Shown here one piece after another: positions 8,509 to 15,895 of a DNA stretch of 32,000 nucleotides (position 1 is its first letter; each line of letters starts with the position of its first letter). The stretch lies in NCBI GenBank assembly GCA_041395025.1, contig JAWLBH010000001.1, positions 90,001-122,000 on the forward strand. Direction: 5' to 3'. A program made the translations under genes and the position numbers. Under the pieces are notes generated by a model, which had not been told where the DNA came from, made no database searches, and saw nothing but the letters and a program-made list of their open reading frames with translations. This stretch comes from Chlamydiales bacterium. Lineage in GTDB: Bacteria > Chlamydiota > Chlamydiia > Chlamydiales > JAAKFR01.

Positions 8509-9296
8509 TGCGTTGCCATCGATGCGTTCGTATTTATGACAATCGAGTCGCCTGAGTTCATAGAAGCAGGAACCGATGGCACGACGACTGAGGCTGGCAG
8601 CTTCTTGAGGGGAGTCTTTCTATGATGGAAAACAAGCTCGACCGCTTTTTTCGCTAAAGCGCTGTCTAAAACATCCAAACGGACCAAAGAGTAAAGATCA
8701 TGGAAATCCTTCATTCTGGTATTGCCTCCTCCTCGGAAAACAATTGTTTCAAGCTTCTCTGCGAAAATGAATTCCTTTGGATAGCAATGCAAAGAAATTC
8801 GGCTTTCAAAGAGCAGGCCTTTCGAAGTGGCTGTCAAATCTATCGGATACTCGATCGGCTCGACGCGGTCTCCGAATCCCAAATCCATGCGGATGACCGT
8901 TTTTGTGGCCCCGAATAGCGCCTGCAAGGTGATCTCAGCCCCTGTGTATGCAAGCTGCGAGTGGTCGAGAATTTTGATTTTAGCCACTTCGAAAGAAAAG
9001 CTGTCATCGGCATCGACATCGCAAATCGCTTGCAGAACTGATCTTAAAGACTGTTCGGTGTTCGACAGCTTTTGAATAAAGAAATCAAGATCCTGCGTTT
9101 CTCTTCCAAGATGAATGTACTTCGCCAGAAGCGTTCCTCCTTTTAAGATGAATTTTTCTTTGTATGAAGACTTTGCTAAGCGCGTAAGAAATCTCTCCAG
9201 GATCAGATTCCTCCAAAGTTCTGCAAAGGTGGTTTCACGCTCCTTCGCCAATGCTTTGATTTTTTCTTTGATTGATTGTTCAATTGCAGATTTCAT
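8469..9296 (-). CDS. abiEii: AbiEii/AbiGii-family nucleotidyltransferase toxin (DUF1814; MenT-like)
   Basis: 275 aa carrying the pol-beta-type NTase motifs described for AbiEii: ILKGGTLL (hGG), DLDFF (DxD), IRMDLGFGD, and FAEKLETIVFRGGGNTRMKDFHDLYSL (KLxxxxxR...RxKDxxDL). The 4-nt ATGA overlap with the upstream antitoxin gene is the classic abiE arrangement. The last ~11-14 codons lie in AT-rich flanking DNA. Confidence 0.85.
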   Translation of the reverse strand: MKSAIEQSIKEKIKALAKERETTFAELWRNLILERFLTRLAKSSYKEKFILKGGTLLAKYIHLGRETQDLDFFIQKLSNTEQSLRSVLQAICDVDADDSFSFEVAKIKILDHSQLAYTGAEITLQALFGATKTVIRMDLGFGDRVEPIEYPIDLTATSKGLLFESRISLHCYPKEFIFAEKLETIVFRGGGNTRMKDFHDLYSLVRLDVLDSALAKKAVELVFHHRKTPLKKLPASVVVPSVPASMNSGDSIVINTNASMATQWVYMTYEEKFQP

Positions 9297-9895
9297 AATG
9301 TAAATGCCGATATATAAGGGGTTAAGTCAACTCTAAGCTTCTTTGCATACTTGAGGAGCTTGTCGATGTCTGGTTTTCTATCCTTGCTTGCTTTCAAATA
9401 AGCTTGCAGAGCCTTCAAAGCGGTTTCCTTGTCTAGATAGCGGAAAGAATCTACAACGGTCCTTTCCCGATCAAAGATCTTGATCTTTCTGCTGCCGATT
9501 TTGACGGTTGTCTGGCCGAAAGAAATATTCCGCATCCGGACAATGCGGGCGTTTTCTCTTGAAGGCGAGGTGGTGGCGTGCGGAATGGCGATCCAAAACT
9601 CCCTCATGATTTCATCCGTCAGCCCGTAATAGCAAAGGGCGGAGATAAGGCAGATGACGCCATTCGGAATGCTTAAAGCGGTTATTGCCAAATCCTCCCA
9701 TTCAAATGCCGAATGGAAATCAATGTCCTTGATTTTATACATCCCCCGGCTGACTTTCTCGATCTGTCCTTTTTGGCAGAAATAAGCCAGCATGCGGGGA
9801 GGGATTCCAGCCTCCCTGCCTTCCGCGGAGGAGAAAACCGCCTTCTTAGAAAGCGCCCTGAAAGCTTCTGAATACTTTGATCTTATCATACCCAT
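9293..9895 (-). CDS. abiEi: AbiEi-family type IV antitoxin / transcriptional autoregulator (N-terminal wHTH)
   Basis: 200 aa. The N-terminal pattern VFSSAEGREAGIPPRMLAYFCQKGQIEKVSRGMYKI matches the AbiEi wHTH signature (...L..l...G.lerv.rG.Y). A C-terminal domain of the usual size follows. The gene sits immediately upstream of, and overlaps, abiEii. Confidence 0.85.
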   Translation of the reverse strand: MGMIRSKYSEAFRALSKKAVFSSAEGREAGIPPRMLAYFCQKGQIEKVSRGMYKIKDIDFHSAFEWEDLAITALSIPNGVICLISALCYYGLTDEIMREFWIAIPHATTSPSRENARIVRMRNISFGQTTVKIGSRKIKIFDRERTVVDSFRYLDKETALKALQAYLKASKDRKPDIDKLLKYAKKLRVDLTPYISAFTL

Positions 9896-9903
9896 AATGT
9901 AAC

Positions 9904-9936
9904 AGAAAAACCCATTAAGCGCAACTGGGTTTTTCT
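9904..9936. promoter_or_regulatory. Inverted repeat AGAAAAACCCA-N11-TGGGTTTTTCT, 9-41 nt upstream of the abiEi start; candidate operator
   Basis: The arms at 9904-9914 and 9926-9936 are perfectly complementary (checked by hand). AbiEi proteins are known to autoregulate by binding inverted repeats in their own promoter region. Confidence 0.35.
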
Positions 9937-10089
9937 ATTACATTTTCATCTCGGAAAACATCTAATAAATCCTTTGAAATAAGATCTTTATATCATAAGG
10001 TCATTAAAGCGTTCAGGTCATAGGCCGACTCATTCAATTGCAGCAGCCTTGTCCGCGCCCTCCGAAAGCTTGACGGCAAACCGCTTAAG

Positions 10090-10320
10090 CTATTTTGCAG
10101 GAGACAAAGGAGCCGGCGCAGGAAGCGCTGGATCCTTATTGATGACCTCGACGGAAATCTTAACGTCGGTGTCTTTTTGAAACGCCTCTTTGTCTACAGT
10201 CAGGCTGATTGCTTCCTGCGTCTCGATATCCTCGATAGCCGTAAAAAGCCCGGGAAGCATTTGAGAGCATCCTGATAAAACCAAAGACAAAATGGAAAGA
10301 GAGATTAAATGATAAAGCAT
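10090..10320 (-). CDS. Small hypothetical lipoprotein (76 aa) encoded on the GC-rich islet
   Basis: The N-terminus MLYHLISLSILSLVLSGCSQ is a signal peptide with a lipobox (L-S-G-C). Composition is GC-rich like abiE. No family recognised. Confidence 0.5.
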   Translation of the reverse strand: MLYHLISLSILSLVLSGCSQMLPGLFTAIEDIETQEAISLTVDKEAFQKDTDVKISVEVINKDPALPAPAPLSPAK

Positions 10321-10461
10321 AAAGCCCCCATGTTAAGTTCTGACAATCCATTCAATGGGTACTTGAGTCAAATAGGGGCTTTAAGAGTGCTTGAGAGTAG
10401 TTAATTCAACGTCTGATAATTTATCTTATGTTGTGATTTCATGTAAATATTTATATCCAAC

Positions 10462-10490
10462 TTGACATAGAATTTTATTTCTATTAAGAT
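10462..10490 (+). promoter_or_regulatory. Near-consensus promoter TTGACA-N17-TAAGAT, ending 8 nt before ATG 10499
   Basis: -35 TTGACA at 10462-10467, a 17-nt spacer at 10468-10484, and -10 TAAGAT at 10485-10490. The predicted TSS falls at or next to the ATG, implying a leaderless or near-leaderless mRNA. Confidence 0.4.
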
Positions 10491-10498
10491 CGCTACTT

Positions 10499-10972
10499 AT
10501 GATTCATTCTATTGCCTCTTCTTCTAGCTTCCTTCCTAGGAATTCTTCTAGCTTCCTTCCTAGGAATTGGGAGGAAATCAAACGAAATTTTTTATTCATG
10601 AAATTCCTAACCAAAATTACATTTGTTGTAATCTCAATTCTTGCTCTTTCTGGATCAGTTTCTCTTTCTACACTTTCCTATTCAATGATTGCCCTATCGT
10701 GTCTTAACACCATGATACAAATGTCCAATAATGGATCAAAAGTTGAATTGATATTTTCAATTGGATTGATATCAATAGGGTTTTTAGGTTTGTATAATAT
10801 TCTATCTATCAAATTTTTGGCTATATCATGTATGGTAATCGCAGGTGAGGTACTTATTGCCTCAGCTCTCCTAAGTGTTGTCACTCTTGGTATTCTTGGT
10901 GTATTGATTTACATGGCTGGTTTATTCTGTTATCGCTTTATAAAAGGACTAAGACAAAGAAACAGTATTTAA
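10499..10972 (+). CDS. Small polytopic membrane protein, unknown function (alternative start ATG 10598)
   Basis: 157 aa with about 4 hydrophobic segments. The N-terminus contains the duplicated octapeptide SSSFLPRN. The internal MKFLTKITFVVISILALSGS also looks like a plausible N-terminus. No family recognised. Confidence 0.5.
   Translation: MIHSIASSSSFLPRNSSSFLPRNWEEIKRNFLFMKFLTKITFVVISILALSGSVSLSTLSYSMIALSCLNTMIQMSNNGSKVELIFSIGLISIGFLGLYNILSIKFLAISCMVIAGEVLIASALLSVVTLGILGVLIYMAGLFCYRFIKGLRQRNSI
10519..10566. repeat. Perfect tandem duplication, 2 x 24 bp (ttcttctagcttccttcctaggaa)
   Basis: Copy 1 at 10519-10542 and copy 2 at 10543-10566 are identical by hand alignment. The duplication is in frame and encodes SSSFLPRN twice. 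Confidence 0.9.
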
Positions 10973-11961
10973 TTTTTTTTTGAATGAAGCAAGCAATAAT
11001 AAGCAGCCCCTTTTAAACTAGCTTTATCATCTAAAATAATTTGGACTGGGACTTCTTTTAACAATTGACGAAAACGCCCTTTATTGAGAAATGCCTCATA
11101 GAAGATCCTTTCTTTTAGCTTAGGTAGGATTTTAGGAGGAATGCCTCCTCCAAGATAAACACCTCCTATAGCCATATACTTTAAAACAGAATTACTACAT
11201 TCCGCTCCAAGTATTGAAACAAATAAATCGAGAGTTTTTTCACAAAGTATAGATTTTTTTTCTAAAGCATGGATCGTAATTATTTCAGCTGGATCCCCTT
11301 TTTGGATCTTTTCAGATAACCAAAGAGGCTCATTAAGACATATTTTATCACGAAAAAAATGATAAATATTGAGTAAACCAGGTCCAGATAGGATACGCTC
11401 ATAGGATATATGATTAAAATGATCATAGAGATAAGACAAAAAGTCCATTTGTAATTGATTACAAGGAGCAAAATCACAATGCCCACCTTCACTTGCAAAT
11501 GGGTAATAGGATTTTCCATCCCAATATAATCCAGCTTCTCCTAAACCTGTCCCTGGAGAGACAATACAACGATTTCCTTCGGGATGTATTACTTTAGAGT
11601 GAATTTGTAAAATACTATCAGTAGGTAAGATTTGAATCGAATAGGCATTTGCTTCTAAATCATTAATGAGATAGACATTTGGAATATTTAATTCATTAAC
11701 AAGAGCTTTGGTATCAATAATCCAAGGTAGATTTGTAGCATAGCATTTTTTCTCTTCAATAGGACCTGCAACAGCGAAACAAGCTGCTTCTATTTTAAAA
11801 TTTTCTTTTGTATTATTTAAATAATCTCGAATAATGAGATTTAAATTTTCATATTTCTGACTAGAAAATGTTGCAAGGTTTATACCTTCATATTCAAGGA
11901 GGGGTTGTTTAAAAAAAGCAAGGTTTACTTTTGTGCCCCCAACATCACCAGCTAAAATCAT
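10969..11961 (-). CDS. glk: Glucokinase
   Basis: 330 aa. The N-terminal ILAGDVGGTKVNLA (ATP-binding DxGGT), the length and the overall pattern are those of bacterial Glk. Confidence 0.85.
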   Translation of the reverse strand: MILAGDVGGTKVNLAFFKQPLLEYEGINLATFSSQKYENLNLIIRDYLNNTKENFKIEAACFAVAGPIEEKKCYATNLPWIIDTKALVNELNIPNVYLINDLEANAYSIQILPTDSILQIHSKVIHPEGNRCIVSPGTGLGEAGLYWDGKSYYPFASEGGHCDFAPCNQLQMDFLSYLYDHFNHISYERILSGPGLLNIYHFFRDKICLNEPLWLSEKIQKGDPAEIITIHALEKKSILCEKTLDLFVSILGAECSNSVLKYMAIGGVYLGGGIPPKILPKLKERIFYEAFLNKGRFRQLLKEVPVQIILDDKASLKGAAYYCLLHSKKN

Positions 11962-12929
11962 CGATTTATCCGTGATAAAAAATTTCTAAAATTTATATGA
12001 GCAATTTTTTCAATCTCTTGTTTTGTAAACACTCTACTTAAATAGTCAATCAGTTTTGGATAAGAAGCTGAATTATCAAAAGATGAGTAAAAAGATGTTG
12101 GAAGTTTCTTATCGAAATCGCCCTCGTAGAAAAAATCAGCTCCAAAACAAAGAGTATCTAATCCACCTATGGAAATAGCGTGAGAAACTTGCTTAATAAA
12201 ATCATCAGGAAATGTTTTTCCTATAAAATCTTTTACAAAATTCAAACCAATTAAACCTTTTCGACGAATAATCTCCTTTGCAATTTCATCAGGTAAATTA
12301 CGTGGGTGATTAGCAATGAATCTGAAATTGGAATGGCTAGCAATAGGAAGAATGTCTAAGTTTTTAGCATCTAAATATTCGAGAATATCATATGCAAGCC
12401 GATCTGATGTATGACTTAAATCAATCGCAATTTTCTTACCACTAAGATATTCTAACAAAAGTGCCCCATCACGCTTTAAGCCAGTTTTTGAGTTATTCCC
12501 TCCACCAAACCGATTTTCATCATTCCATGTCAAACTAATATAGAGAATTGGTCCAATAGTTTTAGAATACTCATCTAAACGCAAAAAAGTCTGTTCCAGA
12601 TCTTCATCTTCCTCACATAAACCAGATGCATTTTCAATTCCCGCAACAATATAGATCTTATTATTTGATTTAGAGATTTCAAAAGCTTTTAGATGTTCAA
12701 TAGATCTAGGATAAAGATTAGGTAAATAATAAAAAATTTCGATTTCTTTTTTAGCTAAATCTACCGACTGTTTCTTAGTCATAGTAAAAATAGCTAAAGT
12801 CTGAAGTAGAACGTGACCTTTAGAAAGCTGTTGAAGAGAACAGCGTGATTCATCATTTTCAGCAACTCTTTTTTTATTTTGTGCTAAGTAGTATAGCAAG
12901 TCACAATGAAAATCAATGATAGGAATCAT
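11958..12929 (-). CDS. Membrane (renal-type) dipeptidase, peptidase family M19
   Basis: 323 aa with M19 landmarks in order: IIDFHCDLL, GIENASG, LTWNDENRFGGG, IAIDLSHTS, PIASHSNFR, RNLPDEIAKEIIRRKGLIGLNF, GADFF. Confidence 0.8.
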   Translation of the reverse strand: MIPIIDFHCDLLYYLAQNKKRVAENDESRCSLQQLSKGHVLLQTLAIFTMTKKQSVDLAKKEIEIFYYLPNLYPRSIEHLKAFEISKSNNKIYIVAGIENASGLCEEDEDLEQTFLRLDEYSKTIGPILYISLTWNDENRFGGGNNSKTGLKRDGALLLEYLSGKKIAIDLSHTSDRLAYDILEYLDAKNLDILPIASHSNFRFIANHPRNLPDEIAKEIIRRKGLIGLNFVKDFIGKTFPDDFIKQVSHAISIGGLDTLCFGADFFYEGDFDKKLPTSFYSSFDNSASYPKLIDYLSRVFTKQEIEKIAHINFRNFLSRINR

Positions 12930-14866
12930 CTATTACCTAGCTTACGATAACGTCCAATCATTCCTCCTGCTAAAACACTTTGAACCTCACGCTGACTCAT
13001 ATCGTGCTTCACAAAAAAGACATAGTTTTGAGTTAGATTTTTTACAGTGACTTGATTGCCTCTTTGAATCTCCTGATGAATATCAGGAAAAGAGCATAGA
13101 TCCTCTTGATGAATCCTTTCCCAGTCCCCTGATTCACAAAATATTAAAGGAACAATACCAAAATTGCATAAATTTGCTCGATGAATGCGAGCAAAACTTT
13201 GTACTATAACAGCTTTTACTCCTAAATAACGCGGTGCAAGTGCAGCATGTTCTCGACTCGATCCTTGACCATAATTTTTCCCTCCAACAATAAAATGTCC
13301 AGAATCCTGATATACTTTTGCTCGATCCGAATAAGTTTCATCAATTTGGTCAAAAACAAATTGACTAATTGCTGGAATATTACTTCGAAAAGGAAGAACT
13401 TTTGAACCTGCTGGCATAATTTCATCAGTCGATATGTTATCTTTAACTTTAATTAAAACGGGGCCTTGAAGCTTGATAGGAAGCTCATGAAAATTAGGCA
13501 ATGGTTGAATATTTTTTCCTTTATCAAGTGGAGTTTCTCTGCCATCTAAACGAGGGGGAAAAACTGCTTCAGCATCAATAAGAAGTTGATCAGGTTCAGC
13601 AACAACTGGGTATTCAATTTCAAGTTTTCGCGGGTCAGTAATTTTTCCTGTAATAGCAGCTGCTGCAGCAGTTTCTGGGCTACAGAGATAGACAGAATCT
13701 TCTTTTGTTCCCGAGCGACCTGGGAAATTTCGAGGAACAGTCCGCAAGGAAGGTCTCCCATTTGCAGGGGCTTGTCCCATACCAATGCACCCATTACATC
13801 CAGCTTGATGAATGCGAGCACCTGAGAAAATCAGTTTTTCTAGATGACCGTTGCGTGCAAGATTTTCTAAAATTTGTCGTGAAGTTGGATTGATATCAAA
13901 AGATACTTGATTATGTGCTTTTTTCCCCTCCATAATTTCAGCAACAATTGCGAAGTCTCGATAACCAGGATTCGCTGAAGAACCTACCATCACCTGATAA
14001 ACATCTTTTCCTTCAACTTGGCTCACGGGTACCACATTTCCAGGGCTACTAGGGCAAGCAATCAATGGCTCTAATTCAGAAAGATTAATTTCTTCATGTA
14101 AATCATAAGAGCAATCTTTATCTGGAAGAATTTCTATCCACTGGCTTTCACGACGCTGACTACGCATAAAGCGGTATATCGCTTTATCAGAAGGGAAAAC
14201 AGTTGTTGAGGCACCTAGTTCTGCACCCATATTTGCAATCACATGTCTATCCATCGCTGAAAGACAATCTAATCCAGGTCCATAATATTCGATAATCTTT
14301 CCCACCCCTCCTGTGACATCATGACGACGTAGCATTTCTAAAATTACATCCTTTGCACTCACCCAATTAGGTAGTTTACCAATAAGTTTAACTCCCCATA
14401 TTTTTGGCATCTGAATATGAAACACCTCTCCTGCAATTGCAAATGCCACCTCAAGTCCACCAGCACCTATGGCTAACATCCCCATACAACCAGCAGCACA
14501 AGTATGGCTATCTGATCCAAGCAATGTTTTTCCTGGAATACCAAAACGCTCCATGTGAATAGGATGACTGACTCCATTTCCAGCTCGACTATAATGAATA
14601 CCAAAACGCTGACAGGCACTTCTCAAAAATAAATGATCTTCAGCATTTCTGAAATCATTTTGAAGAGTATTATGGTCAATATATTGAACAGAAACTTCAG
14701 TTTTAGCAGTAGTGATGTTCATGGCTTCGAGTTCTAACATCACCATTGTGCCTGTTGCATCTTGCATTAAGGTTTGGTCTATTTTTAAGCCGATCTCTTC
14801 TCCTACTTTCATCTCCCCTTCTATAAGGTGATTTTTAATCAATTTCTGCGCAACATTCAAACCCAT
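12926..14866 (-). CDS. acn: Aconitate hydratase (short ~645-aa aconitase-family enzyme)
   Basis: 646 aa with DQTLMQDATGTM near the N-terminus, the Fe-S ligand context GSDSHT...CAAG and NGCIGMGQAP, and a C-terminal swivel domain (GGKNYGQGSSREHAA). Confidence 0.8.
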   Translation of the reverse strand: MGLNVAQKLIKNHLIEGEMKVGEEIGLKIDQTLMQDATGTMVMLELEAMNITTAKTEVSVQYIDHNTLQNDFRNAEDHLFLRSACQRFGIHYSRAGNGVSHPIHMERFGIPGKTLLGSDSHTCAAGCMGMLAIGAGGLEVAFAIAGEVFHIQMPKIWGVKLIGKLPNWVSAKDVILEMLRRHDVTGGVGKIIEYYGPGLDCLSAMDRHVIANMGAELGASTTVFPSDKAIYRFMRSQRRESQWIEILPDKDCSYDLHEEINLSELEPLIACPSSPGNVVPVSQVEGKDVYQVMVGSSANPGYRDFAIVAEIMEGKKAHNQVSFDINPTSRQILENLARNGHLEKLIFSGARIHQAGCNGCIGMGQAPANGRPSLRTVPRNFPGRSGTKEDSVYLCSPETAAAAAITGKITDPRKLEIEYPVVAEPDQLLIDAEAVFPPRLDGRETPLDKGKNIQPLPNFHELPIKLQGPVLIKVKDNISTDEIMPAGSKVLPFRSNIPAISQFVFDQIDETYSDRAKVYQDSGHFIVGGKNYGQGSSREHAALAPRYLGVKAVIVQSFARIHRANLCNFGIVPLIFCESGDWERIHQEDLCSFPDIHQEIQRGNQVTVKNLTQNYVFFVKHDMSQREVQSVLAGGMIGRYRKLGNR

Positions 14867-14908
14867 TCTTATCCTCCTTACGAAAAGCAGAAGGTAGCAA
14901 AATATACA

Positions 14909-15769
14909 TTATTCTGCAGCACGAAATAACCTATTAAAAAGAGCAGCATTCGCCTTAACTGCAGGACTACAATAAATAATAATCTCTTCAATTCCTTTTT
15001 TATCTGCTTCACGTAAAACAGCATACAACTCTTCTGGTTTAATCGATTCAAGGAATAGTTGTTTAGAGGAACAGGAAATAGATGGATATGTTTCAGTAAG
15101 ATGTATTTTGGCTTGAGGAGCATAGTGTTTATATTTCATACCGGGAGCAAGAGGTTTGCTTGTTTTTTCATATACCGTCAATACTTTTTGTCCGATGACC
15201 GCTTCAATTTCCTCTTTGGAGATATTACCTGGTCTTAAAATAGTCGGTGGATCAAATGCAAGAATTGTTGACTCAATTCCTTGAGGAGATGCTCCTCCTT
15301 CCAGGACCATAATTTTATCTCCAAAATCATCACGAACATGTTCTGCGGTTGTACTACTGGGACGTCCAGATAAATTCGCTGAAGGAGCTACAAGAGGCTC
15401 TCCTACAGTTTCTATTAATTCTAATGCCAAGGGATGAGAGGGCATGCGTATTCCAATCTTATCTAATCCTGCTGAAGCAGCATCAGGAACATATTTTTTT
15501 TTCGGAAGAATCAATGTCAAAGGACCTGGCCAAAAATGAGCAGCTAATTTTTCAGGAAAATCATCAACTACCCTATCTATTTGATCAAAACTTGATATAT
15601 GAACAATAAGAGGATTATCTTGTGGGCGCTTTTTTATCTCAAAAATTCTTTGGATAGCTTTAGGAGAAAATAGGCGAGCTCCAAGTCCATAGACAGTTTC
15701 TGTTGGAAAAGCAACAAGTTGATCTTCTAGCAATAAAGCAGCTGCTTGTTTAATGAATTCAATAGACAA
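14909..15769 (-). CDS. tsaC: L-threonylcarbamoyladenylate synthase (Sua5/YwlC/TsaC family), TTG start
   Basis: 286 aa with an N-terminal YrdC domain (VAFPTETVYGLGA, RIFEIKKRPQDNPLIVH, PSANLSGRPS) plus a short Sua5-type C-terminal domain. Confidence 0.85.
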   Translation of the reverse strand: MSIEFIKQAAALLLEDQLVAFPTETVYGLGARLFSPKAIQRIFEIKKRPQDNPLIVHISSFDQIDRVVDDFPEKLAAHFWPGPLTLILPKKKYVPDAASAGLDKIGIRMPSHPLALELIETVGEPLVAPSANLSGRPSSTTAEHVRDDFGDKIMVLEGGASPQGIESTILAFDPPTILRPGNISKEEIEAVIGQKVLTVYEKTSKPLAPGMKYKHYAPQAKIHLTETYPSISCSSKQLFLESIKPEELYAVLREADKKGIEEIIIYCSPAVKANAALFNRLFRAAE

Positions 15770-15895
15770 AATATAGAAATATAGTAAATTAACAACAGTG
15801 GTTATTAGATTAACAAATCTCTCATTTTTTCTTAAGAAGAAGAGAGAATTCTTCTATCTTTTGGGATAAAATTACAATAAATATATCTAAAGTCT

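Larger units (their letters stand above)
8505..10400. other. Horizontally acquired GC-rich islet (AbiE module + small lipoprotein); boundaries approximate
   Basis: Hand counts of 60-nt lines give 34/60 G+C at 9541-9600 inside the islet and 10/60 at 8161-8220 just outside. The change is abrupt at ~8505-8515 and more gradual at ~10380-10420. All three ORFs are on the minus strand. No integrase, transposase, tRNA or flanking direct repeat was found. Confidence 0.75.

Noticed and set aside
8700-9303. Plus-strand ORFs 8700-8918, 8827-9075 and 9115-9303, antisense to abiEii/abiEi
   Set aside because: These are shadow ORFs inside GC-richer coding DNA. Their translations are low-complexity with no motifs, whereas the minus-strand frames carry clear AbiE signatures.
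10160-10351. Alternative 63-aa minus-strand ORF overlapping the lipoprotein ORF
   Set aside because: It has no signal or motif and an Arg/Gly-rich odd composition. The 10090-10320 frame has a canonical lipoprotein signal peptide and is preferred.
10969-10972. Convergent genes (membrane ORF and glk) sharing overlapping stop codons in a TTAA palindrome
   Set aside because: This is a trivial consequence of compact gene packing, with no implied regulation.
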